Below, one piece after another: positions 27,869 to 37,056 of a stretch of 39,489 nt of DNA. The position numbers and the translations under genes were made by a program. The stretch is from Candidatus Altiarchaeales archaeon (GTDB lineage Archaea > Altiarchaeota > Altiarchaeia > IMC4 > SCGC-AAA252-I15), in contig WJMO01000012.1 in assembly GCA_014727915.1 (NCBI GenBank), positions 1 through 39,489 of the forward strand. Direction: 5' to 3'. Below the pieces are notes generated by a model. It was not told the origin of the DNA and ran no database searches. It saw only the letters and a program-made list of their open reading frames with translations. The stretch's first letter is position 1. Each line of letters opens with the position of its first letter.

Positions 27869-29853
27869 CCTGCTCCTCCGCCTCCCCCGCCTCCGCCTCC
27901 GCCTCCGCCGCCGCTGAAGCCGCCAGAGCCGGAGGTCGAGGTTGCGGTTGCGAAGGCGCTGCTGAAACCGCCCACTGCGGAGCCGAGGGAGCTGGCGGAG
28001 AACCCGTGCAGGCCGCCGGCCATGATGTGGGATTCGACCTCGCCCGTGTAGTCCTTGAACACCTTGTCCATGGCTTCCTGGACCTTGTCCGCGACACCCA
28101 ATGGTATCGAGTACACGAGGTACTTCTCCCAGAGCACTATCGCGTCCGGGGGCACGTCTTTGAGGCTGCTGAAGTCTTCAAGGAACTTCTTCAATCGCAT
28201 CCACCGCTCATAGTGTTCCGCCCCCTTTCGGGTTCGGTTGGGCATGGCGTCAGGGAACACCGCGACGAGCAGCACCAGCTCAATCACCACCACGACTGAT
28301 ATGAACGGCGAGAACGCCGCCGCCAACAGGGCCACCACTAGGGAGACCATCACCAACGGCATGTAGCCGGTTTTCTTCGAGAAGAATCCCATCGACTTGG
28401 CTTGTTCGGCTGCCATTTTCTCCCAGCCTTGGAGCCATTGCCTTGTCGTATGTGGTTGGGCTTTCAGATATTCTTTAAGCTCGGTCAGGGTCACAAGGTC
28501 CGGCGTGCCATCCTCTGCCTTCTTCTTGAATATCAATCCTTCATGCCTGTATCGTGCGGTAGACTCTATCATTGATAGCAGGTATCTTTCGCTATCTGGC
28601 AGGTCCGACTTTTTTCTGTCGAGTATGCGTATCTCGTATTCGTCGCTGCCGAATATGCCGAACAGCTTATCGCCCTCTATCCTCTTCAGCTTCAGCCGGT
28701 CCTTCAGGCACAGGTCCAGGAGCTCGGCGGTTATGGAGTTCAAACCCGGTTTCTGCCTGTTCTGGTGGAGCAGGGCGTCCACCACCGACGGGCTGTAGTC
28801 GTAGGGCACCTCACGCTCGTATATGCCCTGCGTGTGGACGTCCGGTTCCCTACCGTAGAGGTGCCATATGGTGAAGAATGCGATGGCTTCCACCGCCAGG
28901 AATGCTGGCGTGATCATGAGGGCGGTCCAGGGTATCATGTCCTGTCCCATGAAGAAGACCAGGAACATGGTGATGAACCCAGCCACGAAGACAGTGGCCG
29001 TCAGCTTACCCGCCAGCTTACCAATCCGGGGGTTGAACCTGTGGAGCACCGCAGAGGATATGCCCCCGAAGAAGCCCGCGCACCATGTGACCATGAAGAG
29101 GGGTATGAACAGCCACATGAACTCCTCCTCGCTCATCGGCGGCTTGTAGTTTGATTCCTCCTCTATTATGCTCTGGAGCATCTCTCCCTCTCCTAGGGTC
29201 ACGAACTCGGGCTCTTCCAACACGTATCTGGGGAACACGGTACGCACTTCGATCCACTGGCCTGCCGGCACGTTGAACGTCTGGAAGATGACCTTCCGAT
29301 TGTCTGACATGGCGATCTTCCCCTTCTTCATGTCCGGGTGGCCCCAGGCGTAGACTTCTTTCGCGTGTTTGACTTCCGACGGCAGTATGACCTCTCCCTC
29401 GAGGTCGGCTACTCCCTTCTCCCAACCGCTGCCCCACACCTTCCAGTTGAGGTCGCATACGTCACTGTAGCAGTGGATTGCACCGGCGAGCTTGTATCTT
29501 ATGCTGAACGTCTTCTGCTCGTTGGATGCGCTGTAATGCCATTTGATGCGCGTTTCGCCGCCGCTCTGGGATAGTTCATGCCTGAGCTTCCGCCCGTCAG
29601 ACCACACTTCCACGCCGCTTACCCCCCACTTTCCATCGGGTATGTCCCGGTAGGCATAGGTGAAGGAGCCGGTGAACGAGAAGGTCACGTCTTCACTCAC
29701 GTCTACGCTGCCGTCAGGGTTCACATTCATGGATATGAATGCCTTGGGTAGGGTGTAGGATTTCGCGGAGGCTGTGAGTGACAGTAGAAGTAGTAAAGTG
29801 AGTATTACCAGTGCTTTAGTGAGTATTACCAGTGCTTTACTCGCTCGGTCCAT
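27865..29853 (-). CDS. DUF2207 family membrane protein
   Basis: Signal peptide, VNPDGSVDVSEDVTF, LNWKVWG, several TMs, WEKYLVY, Gly-rich GGFSGGGGGGGGGGGGGAG tail. Start at ATG 29853. Confidence 0.88.
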   Translation of the reverse strand: MDRASKALVILTKALVILTLLLLLSLTASAKSYTLPKAFISMNVNPDGSVDVSEDVTFSFTGSFTYAYRDIPDGKWGVSGVEVWSDGRKLRHELSQSGGETRIKWHYSASNEQKTFSIRYKLAGAIHCYSDVCDLNWKVWGSGWEKGVADLEGEVILPSEVKHAKEVYAWGHPDMKKGKIAMSDNRKVIFQTFNVPAGQWIEVRTVFPRYVLEEPEFVTLGEGEMLQSIIEEESNYKPPMSEEEFMWLFIPLFMVTWCAGFFGGISSAVLHRFNPRIGKLAGKLTATVFVAGFITMFLVFFMGQDMIPWTALMITPAFLAVEAIAFFTIWHLYGREPDVHTQGIYEREVPYDYSPSVVDALLHQNRQKPGLNSITAELLDLCLKDRLKLKRIEGDKLFGIFGSDEYEIRILDRKKSDLPDSERYLLSMIESTARYRHEGLIFKKKAEDGTPDLVTLTELKEYLKAQPHTTRQWLQGWEKMAAEQAKSMGFFSKKTGYMPLVMVSLVVALLAAAFSPFISVVVVIELVLLVAVFPDAMPNRTRKGAEHYERWMRLKKFLEDFSSLKDVPPDAIVLWEKYLVYSIPLGVADKVQEAMDKVFKDYTGEVESHIMAGGLHGFSASSLGSAVGGFSSAFATATSTSGSGGFSGGGGGGGGGGGGGAG
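29797..29838. repeat. Perfect 21-bp tandem duplication (KALVILT x2 in the DUF2207 signal peptide)
   Basis: agtgagtattaccagtgcttt at 29797-29817 and 29818-29838. Confidence 0.9.
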
Positions 29854-30376
29854 CCTCTGACACGATATTCTCGCTATCCGCGTCTTCTTCCGCGCCGACC
29901 TCCCTCTTGACAAGCTCTTTGGCGTCGTTTATCCGGAAGTACTTGTTGAACTTGGCTGTGGTGGTGATCATCTTCGTGTGGCCCTCCGGCTTCCGGTCTA
30001 TGAACTCAAGCGCCTCCAACCGTTTCATGTACTCGTAGACCCGGTTGCCCCGGAGCTTCACCAGATAGGACTGCTTTATTGGCTGCTCGTAGGCTATCAT
30101 CGCCAGCGTCTTCAGCATGGCCTTGGGCATGTCAGTCTCTGGTATGAGCATCGTGACCGAGTCCTCATACTCCGGCTTCACCCTCATACCATAGGATTTC
30201 CCGGTTTTGAACACTTCAACCCCGCCGTCCCGGCTCTTGTATTCTTCGACCAGCCGGTCCGCCTCCTCCTTAACTGCTTTCACATCCAGGCTGCCTATGA
30301 CCTTCGCCAGCTTCTCAGCGCTCAAATTACTTCCGCTAACGAACAATGCAGCTTCGATCAATCCGCGTTTGGACAT
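29837..30376 (-). CDS. scpB: Segregation and condensation protein B (kite, tandem winged helix)
   Basis: IEAALFVS, LKTLAMIAYEQPI, LRG, TTAKFNKYF. Start ATG 30376 (TTG 30385 is the alternative). Confidence 0.9.
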   Translation of the reverse strand: MSKRGLIEAALFVSGSNLSAEKLAKVIGSLDVKAVKEEADRLVEEYKSRDGGVEVFKTGKSYGMRVKPEYEDSVTMLIPETDMPKAMLKTLAMIAYEQPIKQSYLVKLRGNRVYEYMKRLEALEFIDRKPEGHTKMITTTAKFNKYFRINDAKELVKREVGAEEDADSENIVSEDGPSE

Positions 30377-30413
30377 CTCAAACAATTGGGAATCCCCGGA
30401 TATAAATCGCCTT

Positions 30414-31379
30414 CTATTTATGTCCGAAGGTCCAGTCGAAGGTCTTTTCAGCTCCTGGCGATGTCAGATCCTTACCCTGGTCTCTGAGAGCGCAGGAGTC
30501 GGCGACCAACCGGGCGAAGTAGGCGTCCGGCATCTCATGGGCGGTCACGAGGCCGTGGGCTCCGGCTCCCTTAGCCTCAGCAACCCATATTCCTTCGTGG
30601 TATCGCCTATACGAGTGTTTCAACCTGCACACGCCAGCGCATCCTGGGTTTGCTTTCAACCTGTTCAACAGTTCTGGGCTGCTTGAAAGAACCACCGCAT
30701 AGTCGTTTGGATTGGAAGAAACTCTGCCATATGCGTCATCATCTGAGTGAACAACCTCAACCTGCCCTGGTTGCGATAACGGCCTGAAAACTCTTTCCGC
30801 ATCAAGTGGATTCGAGAATAATCTGCTGCTAACCATTATCTTCTTTTCCCCGATTAGCTCTCTGGCACGGGCGATTTGTTGTGCCCTATCATCCACTGGT
30901 CCTCCTTCCTGTCCGGTGCCTGCGCGTGTGGTCTCGGGCAGCCTGCCCTCCAACACGGTCATCACCTCCTCGAGGAGTATGCCTTCAAGTTTGTCCGGTT
31001 TCATCTGATCGTGGATAACTGGAAACTCATCGTCTCCCCTGCTGCCGTGTGTGATCCTTTTGTAGTCTTCTGGTGGCACAGCCAATAGGCAGGAGATCTG
31101 GCCTCCCCTCTCGTTTCTGGTTCTATGCAAAGCTGACCTGTTCTGGAGGTCTGCGACTACCATCAGGCTGCTGTCCCTAGGATCGAAGGTTTCCGGGTTC
31201 TCAACGGCGATCAACCGCTCAGCCGGCACTCCCGCAGCCATGAGACAACCAGCCAAAGAGGCCTTGGCATTGGGATTGCAGACCAACAAAACCTTCTCCT
31301 GTTCGCTGGTCTCTCCTAGTATCCACTGGGTTAGCTCCCTCTCCCGGCCTCCCTGACCCGACTTGAGACTTTCTACCAT
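30414..31379 (-). CDS. Hypothetical protein, possibly with degenerate receiver-like domains
   Basis: Long ORF; start placed at ATG 31379 to avoid overlap with the upstream gene; alternating beta/alpha pattern. Confidence 0.6.
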   Translation of the reverse strand: MVESLKSGQGGRERELTQWILGETSEQEKVLLVCNPNAKASLAGCLMAAGVPAERLIAVENPETFDPRDSSLMVVADLQNRSALHRTRNERGGQISCLLAVPPEDYKRITHGSRGDDEFPVIHDQMKPDKLEGILLEEVMTVLEGRLPETTRAGTGQEGGPVDDRAQQIARARELIGEKKIMVSSRLFSNPLDAERVFRPLSQPGQVEVVHSDDDAYGRVSSNPNDYAVVLSSSPELLNRLKANPGCAGVCRLKHSYRRYHEGIWVAEAKGAGAHGLVTAHEMPDAYFARLVADSCALRDQGKDLTSPGAEKTFDWTFGHK

Positions 31380-31402
31380 AGGATAAAATTGGGAAACGTG
31401 GG

Positions 31403-32953
31403 TTAATATTTTCCACAAGCCAATGGCAGCCTCGCAGCTATTGCGACTGCGATTGCCAGTATTGCTGGGAGCATTGGAATGCAGCATATGCCCCCGCCTG
31501 CATCGTCGTCTTCTTCGTATAATGTGGTGGTTGGCGGCTGGTATAATGTGGTCGGCGGGTGTGTTGTCACCGTCGTGTGCTGTGTGGCCGTCGAAGGCGG
31601 AGTGTAGACTGTCGAGGTCGTTGGCGCGTAGTCCTTGTTTATCTCGTAGACGCGTATGTCAGCGCTGTACTTGTTCCCCACTATGGTGTCTTCCTCCCAG
31701 TTCCAGGCGGCTGCGACCTCCGCGTCACCGTCGCTGTCGAGGTCTCCCATGTACACCGCCACCGCGCTCGCATCCCGCTCCTCGTATTTCTTGTCGCTGC
31801 CCTGTATCTCAACCAGGTACTGCCAACCGCCCTTCAGCATGCCGTTGTCGTCTAGCACCCTTATGTAGCGGGTCTTGCCGACTGCAACCTCCTTCTTCCC
31901 GTCCCCGTCTATGTCATAGGCTGACATGCTGTTTATGGTGTTGTCCAGTGGGGCGGTCCATCGCCATTTGACGTTGCCGTTGGAGTCCAAGGCTGTGACA
32001 GTAGGCGATGAACCTACCAGCACCTCATCTGTACCGCCGTCCAGGTCTGTTGCGAGTATGCTGGACACCAGTTTGCCCTTTTCAGAGGACCATCTTATGC
32101 TCCCGTCCCCGTTATAGACGATCGCTCCGTTTTCGAAGGTGCCCACGATTATCTCTGCTTTCCCGTCGCCTTCCAGGTCTGTGACGTCCATTATGTTGCC
32201 TGCGATGGCCGGCGTGTAGACTCCCCCGTCGATCTTCTGCTCCCAAAGGAGTGTGCCGGTGCTGGAAACCGCTATCACATAGGCTTCCCCGTACTTGCTC
32301 GACAATGCCACGGTCTCCAGATTCCCGTCCCCGTTCAGATCCCCGGTCTTGACGAAGTATATGGGGTGCCTTTTCGTGTCATAACTCCACAGCACCGGCG
32401 TCTTCTGCTTGGTGTCGTCTTTCAGAGCGCATATCTTCCCGCTATGAGCGCCCATGATGACATTCAAAACCCCGGTCCCGTCTATGTCGGCCGCGTATAT
32501 GCTGTGGGTTAGCCCGCATTCCTTGTCGAAGTTCCAGTCCACCAACGCGTTATCTCCTGAGATGACCCAGACGTATTCGCTCGGCTGCTGGGACTTCGGG
32601 TGCGTCGACTTCACAGAGTTTACCGCCACCTCACCCCTATCATCCAGGTCTATGTCCCCTGAGTAAACGCTCTTAACGTCTCCCCTTGTGTTGAACGACC
32701 ACCCGTTGCTGTCCAATGCGCTCCATTCAACACGGCAGTTCGCACCCTTGTAGATGTAATTGTACAGAACCCCGTTTATGGAGGTGCCCACCAGTATGTT
32801 GGGGACTCCATCCCCGTCCACGTCGTCGACCTCTATGATGTTGGCAAGGTCGTTCTGCAGGTTAGACTGACATGCGCTCTCAAGGTACTCTTCACCAAAG
32901 GCCGAACCGGCCAAGACTAACAACAAGCCCAAAACGACAAACGGAGATTTCAT
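31403..32953 (-). CDS. Secreted FG-GAP/VCBS repeat (beta-propeller) cell-surface protein with Thr-rich stalk and C-terminal anchor
   Basis: Signal peptide; about eight DxDGDG-type repeats (DVDGDG, DIDGTG, DLNGDG, DLEGDG, DIDGDG, DLDSDG); Thr/Pro linker; GGGICC + TM. Confidence 0.85.
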   Translation of the reverse strand: MKSPFVVLGLLLVLAGSAFGEEYLESACQSNLQNDLANIIEVDDVDGDGVPNILVGTSINGVLYNYIYKGANCRVEWSALDSNGWSFNTRGDVKSVYSGDIDLDDRGEVAVNSVKSTHPKSQQPSEYVWVISGDNALVDWNFDKECGLTHSIYAADIDGTGVLNVIMGAHSGKICALKDDTKQKTPVLWSYDTKRHPIYFVKTGDLNGDGNLETVALSSKYGEAYVIAVSSTGTLLWEQKIDGGVYTPAIAGNIMDVTDLEGDGKAEIIVGTFENGAIVYNGDGSIRWSSEKGKLVSSILATDLDGGTDEVLVGSSPTVTALDSNGNVKWRWTAPLDNTINSMSAYDIDGDGKKEVAVGKTRYIRVLDDNGMLKGGWQYLVEIQGSDKKYEERDASAVAVYMGDLDSDGDAEVAAAWNWEEDTIVGNKYSADIRVYEINKDYAPTTSTVYTPPSTATQHTTVTTHPPTTLYQPPTTTLYEEDDDAGGGICCIPMLPAILAIAVAIAARLPLACGKY

Positions 32954-32969
32954 GGTAAAAGCATAACTT

Positions 32970-33548
32970 TCATCTCTTAAAAGCTGATAGCACGTAGAGC
33001 TCTTCGAAGAATATCTTCTCTTTCGCTGTTATTTCGACATCGTAGCCACAGTCCGCGAGTTTTTCCTTGACCTTACCTAGCCGGTTGATGGACGATACTA
33101 GCAGCATTATCCTGCCCTCGGGGGTCAGGTATTCGCCTGCCTCTTCTATGAACCTGTTTATCACCTCGACGCCCGTTGTTCCCCCGCTCCAGGCTTTCCC
33201 AAGTTCTCCAGCGTCTTCGGCTGCCAGGTATGGTGGGTTGAATATTATGAGGTCGAACCTTCCTTCTACATTGCTGAACAGATTGCTGACCATGAAATCA
33301 GCGTTGTCTATGTCGTTGGATTCCGCGTTCCTCCTCGCTAGTTCGACCGCCTCAGGGTTCACATCCACCCCCACCACATGCTCTGCCCTTTTTGCTGCTG
33401 TGAGGGCCTGTATGCCGGTGCCGGTGCCCATGTCCAGCACACATCCCTTGAATTCCCCGAGGTTGTCGGCGAGCAGGAAGGAGTCCTCTGCCGGCGCGTA
33501 AACGTTCTCGTGGGCGTCCAGCTCCAGTTCCCCATAATATACTGCCAT
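32970..33548 (-). CDS. prmC: HemK2/PrmC-type N5-glutamine methyltransferase (archaeal release factor methylase family)
   Basis: VYAPAEDSFLL, LDMGTGTG, FNPPY, FFEELYV. Confidence 0.88.
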   Translation of the reverse strand: MAVYYGELELDAHENVYAPAEDSFLLADNLGEFKGCVLDMGTGTGIQALTAAKRAEHVVGVDVNPEAVELARRNAESNDIDNADFMVSNLFSNVEGRFDLIIFNPPYLAAEDAGELGKAWSGGTTGVEVINRFIEEAGEYLTPEGRIMLLVSSINRLGKVKEKLADCGYDVEITAKEKIFFEELYVLSAFKR

Positions 33549-33583
33549 GGTTTAATACTCTGCTTTCGTAGTAATAATTTGAG

Positions 33584-34102
33584 ATGAAAGGGCATAAGGT
33601 CGCGTTGGGTGGTTCTTTCTCTGGGAACACCAGTGACTTGTTCAAGAACCTCCCACAGGATGACATACTCCAGTTCTCGCTCTGCGGACGGGAGGTGCAG
33701 TTGCAGGTGAAGAGCGAGAAGCTCGATGACGTGATCAAGTCATTGAACAAGCTGGGCGTTAGCAACCTGAGCATCCTCGAATGGAGGAAGTACGGCACCA
33801 CCGTCGCGGGCTCGGGTTCCAGCATCGACGAAGACGGCATACTCAACATCTCACTGATACCCTCCGCGTTGGGCGACGGGCTCAGGCCGCTGAGCGTCAC
33901 ACAGCGGCTTCCATTGGACCGGAAGCTGTACATAGAGATGCTGGCCAACCTCGAAGCGGTATTGTTGGATGCTGGTGTGTCCGAGGTCCTCTACGCGGTC
34001 CAGATCGAGAAGGATGTCGGCCGTGAAGACTACATAAACGCAGTACGCGACGCCGCGTTGAACGCCCTCTTCAACTCAGGCGGAGTAGTCGGGATAGAAT
34101 AA
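33584..34102 (+). CDS. Hypothetical protein
   Basis: 172-aa ORF divergent from prmC, with typical codon usage; no motif assigned. Confidence 0.7.
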   Translation: MKGHKVALGGSFSGNTSDLFKNLPQDDILQFSLCGREVQLQVKSEKLDDVIKSLNKLGVSNLSILEWRKYGTTVAGSGSSIDEDGILNISLIPSALGDGLRPLSVTQRLPLDRKLYIEMLANLEAVLLDAGVSEVLYAVQIEKDVGREDYINAVRDAALNALFNSGGVVGIE

Positions 34103-34158
34103 ACTTTTCCCCTGCTCTCTCTGGTGTTTTATTGTTTTTGTTTTCCATTACTCTAGGG

Positions 34159-36033
34159 ATGGTTGTTTTTCCCTATCCGACGGTCCGCGACGGCCAGTCG
34201 GATTTCATCGGCGACTGCGAGAAGACGGTGAAAAAGGGGGGCATACTCGTGGTCCATGCGCCAACGGGCATCGGTAAGACCGCCGCAGTGCTCTCAGCGT
34301 CTTTGGAGCATGCTTTGAAGAAGAACAAGACAATTTTTTTCCTCACGCCCAAGCACACCCAGCATACGATAGTCGTGGACACGTTGAAGAAGATACGTGA
34401 ACGCCATGACCTGAAGGTGTCGCTGGTGGACTTCATCGGCAAGCAGTGGATGTGCCCCCACAGGGTGAAGGACCTGAAGAGCCGCGAGTTCAACGAGTTC
34501 TGCCGGGCGCAGAAGAAGGACGAGCTCTGCCACTACTATAACAACACTCGAAAAGCGAAGACCACCAAGGCGGCGCGGGAGGCGGTGAGGGAGATAATTG
34601 CCGGCCCATTGCATAACGAGGAGGCGCTTGAGATATGCGGGAAACACGACCTCTGCCCCTATGAGGTTCTATTGGAAGCCGGCCGGAAGGCGGAAGTGAT
34701 AGTCTGCGACTATTTCCACATCTTCAGCCCGTCGGTGAGGAGGGCTTTCTTGCGCAAGCTCGACATCGACTTGGGCGATTCGATTCTCATCGTGGACGAG
34801 GCCCACAACCTCCCTGACAGGGTGCGGAGCATCATGTCCAACAGACTGACCGCGTTCGCCTTGGACAGGGCCGTGAAGGAGGCCAGGGCATTGAACTTCA
34901 AGCAGCTCGGCGAAGACCTCACAGATTTGAAGAAGATTCTGAAGAAGCTTGCGCGCAGGATAAAGCCCTTCGAAGAACGGTACGTGGACCGGAAGGAGCT
35001 GACCGACGAGACAGAGAAACAGTTGAACATGCCCTACGCCGACTTCCAGGCGGATATGGAGTCCCTGGGGTTGGAGGTTTTGAAGATTCCCGGAAGGTAC
35101 AGGTCCTACTCTGCGAATGTCGCGCGTTTCCTGGAGAAGTGGACGGGCCCGGACCTGGGCTACGCCCGGATACTCCGGAAGGACAAGAAAGACGTTTCGC
35201 TATCGTATAAGTGCCTTGACCCGGGCGTCTCATGCACGGAAGTCTTCGACCTGTCCTATTCTGCGGTTCTGATGAGCGGAACCCTGACGCCGCTGAGCAT
35301 GTACAGTGACACCCTCGGAATACCAGAGGCCCGCGTTGTCGAGCGGGCGTATACGTCGCCGTTCCCCAGGGACAACAAGCTAACTCTCTGCGTTCCCGGG
35401 CTGACGACCAAGTTCGCCCACCGTAACGACTTCATGTACGGCAAATACGCCGCCACCATATCCCGGATGCTCGCCTTGATACCCGGGAACGTCGCGGTCT
35501 TCTACCCCAGCTACCAGCTGCTCGCAGCCATAGGCGCCAGGGTTCGAACCGCCAAGCAGGTGGTGGCCGAGCGGCAGGAGATGAAAAAAGAGGACAGGAG
35601 GGGGATATTCGAGCGTCTTGTCCGGCTTAGGGATGACGGTGGCGGCGTGCTGATGGGCGTTCAGGCCGGAAGCTTCAGCGAGGGCTTGGACTTCGCGGGC
35701 AACCTCTTGGATGCGGTGGTCATCGTGGGTCTGCCTTTGGAGCGGCCTAACCTGGAGACCCAGGCCCTCATCGACTACTATGACTTCCGTTTCGAGCGGG
35801 GGTGGGACTACGGTTACATCTACCCTGCCATGAACCGCGCCTTGCAGGCGGCGGGCAGGTGCATCCGCAGCGAGACCGATCGGGGTGTGATAATCCTATT
35901 GGATGAGAGGTTCAAGTGGGCGAACTACCGCAAGTGCTTCCCATCAGACTTCGAGTTCATACCAACCGAACAACCTGAAAAATACATAGAACGCTTCTTT
36001 GACGTGGAGGCCGTGCCCGCCTACCACATGTGA
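34159..36033 (+). CDS. xpd: XPD/Rad3/DinG family Fe-S 5'-3' DNA helicase
   Basis: FPY...Q motif, APTGIGKT, Cys cluster (MCP, EFC, LC, LCPYE), DEAHNL, MSGTL, SEGLDF, QAAGRCIR. Confidence 0.92.
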   Translation: MVVFPYPTVRDGQSDFIGDCEKTVKKGGILVVHAPTGIGKTAAVLSASLEHALKKNKTIFFLTPKHTQHTIVVDTLKKIRERHDLKVSLVDFIGKQWMCPHRVKDLKSREFNEFCRAQKKDELCHYYNNTRKAKTTKAAREAVREIIAGPLHNEEALEICGKHDLCPYEVLLEAGRKAEVIVCDYFHIFSPSVRRAFLRKLDIDLGDSILIVDEAHNLPDRVRSIMSNRLTAFALDRAVKEARALNFKQLGEDLTDLKKILKKLARRIKPFEERYVDRKELTDETEKQLNMPYADFQADMESLGLEVLKIPGRYRSYSANVARFLEKWTGPDLGYARILRKDKKDVSLSYKCLDPGVSCTEVFDLSYSAVLMSGTLTPLSMYSDTLGIPEARVVERAYTSPFPRDNKLTLCVPGLTTKFAHRNDFMYGKYAATISRMLALIPGNVAVFYPSYQLLAAIGARVRTAKQVVAERQEMKKEDRRGIFERLVRLRDDGGGVLMGVQAGSFSEGLDFAGNLLDAVVIVGLPLERPNLETQALIDYYDFRFERGWDYGYIYPAMNRALQAAGRCIRSETDRGVIILLDERFKWANYRKCFPSDFEFIPTEQPEKYIERFFDVEAVPAYHM

Positions 36034-36082
36034 CGCCTTTTATTGGTGGAATCAGCTTTTATTAACTCATATCCGTTTAAAG

Positions 36083-37048
36083 ATGGGTTTGGGTAATAAG
36101 TCGGTCCTTGTGGCTGGCGGGGCGGGTTTCATCGGCAGCCATATTGTGGACAGGCTCGCGGTAGAAGGTCTTGAATCCTTGGTTGTGGTGGATAATCTCT
36201 TTTTAGGAAGCGTTGATAACCTCATGGAGGCTAGAAGCCAGTTTCCGGAACTGGTTTTCTACGAAGAGGACGCGTCCGACCCCGGTACCATGCGTGACAT
36301 AATGGAAAGACATGGTGTTGATGTGGTTTTCGACCTTGCGGTCATTCCTTTGCCAGCATCCCATACTAGGCCCAGATGGGTGTTCGAGCAAAACGTAGGC
36401 GTCACGCTCACTCTGTGCGAACTAGCGGTCGGGGGCGCATATGATACTCTGATACACTTCTCGTCTTCTGAGGTTTACGGGACCTGCGAGTATGAGCCCA
36501 TGGACGAGGAGCACCCTCTGAAGGGGATGACTCCTTACGCTGCGAGCAAGATAGCGTCCGACCAGCTTGTATTCTCATATGATAGGACATTCGGTTTGGA
36601 TGCTTCCATAGTCCGCCCTTTCAACAACTTCGGGCCGAGGCAGAACGATGGTAGCTATGCTGGTGTCATACCCCTGACGATCAAGAGGATATTGAACAAT
36701 GAGCCCCCGGTTATATATGGTAGTGGGATGCAGACCAGGGACTACCTCTATGTCACTGATACTGCGGACTCAGCGGTCGACATATACAACTCTAGGAAGA
36801 CACGGGGCAAGGCGTTGAACATAGCAAGCGGGAAGGAGATATCGATTGCGAGTGTTATCGGTTTGATCAGTGAGTATATGGGATGTGAGAAGCCAATCGT
36901 GCGGGAACCTGAGAGGCCGGGGGATGTGAGACGACATATTGCAAACATATTCCTTGCTAAGGACCTGATAGGCTTCAAACCTTCGGTGAGCTTTGAGGAA
37001 GGTCTACGGAGAACTGTGGATTGGTACGTTCAGAGAGCGAAAAAATAG
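36083..37048 (+). CDS. NAD-dependent NDP-sugar epimerase/dehydratase (extended SDR)
   Basis: GGAGFIGSH, SSSEVYG, YAASK, RPFNNFGPRQ, QTRDY. Start at ATG 36083. Confidence 0.92.
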   Translation: MGLGNKSVLVAGGAGFIGSHIVDRLAVEGLESLVVVDNLFLGSVDNLMEARSQFPELVFYEEDASDPGTMRDIMERHGVDVVFDLAVIPLPASHTRPRWVFEQNVGVTLTLCELAVGGAYDTLIHFSSSEVYGTCEYEPMDEEHPLKGMTPYAASKIASDQLVFSYDRTFGLDASIVRPFNNFGPRQNDGSYAGVIPLTIKRILNNEPPVIYGSGMQTRDYLYVTDTADSAVDIYNSRKTRGKALNIASGKEISIASVIGLISEYMGCEKPIVREPERPGDVRRHIANIFLAKDLIGFKPSVSFEEGLRRTVDWYVQRAKK

Positions 37049-37056
37049 CCTGGCTC

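Noticed and set aside
27870-27915. (GCC/TCC)n low-complexity run as a contingency repeat
   Set aside because: It encodes the standard Gly-rich tail of DUF2207 proteins.
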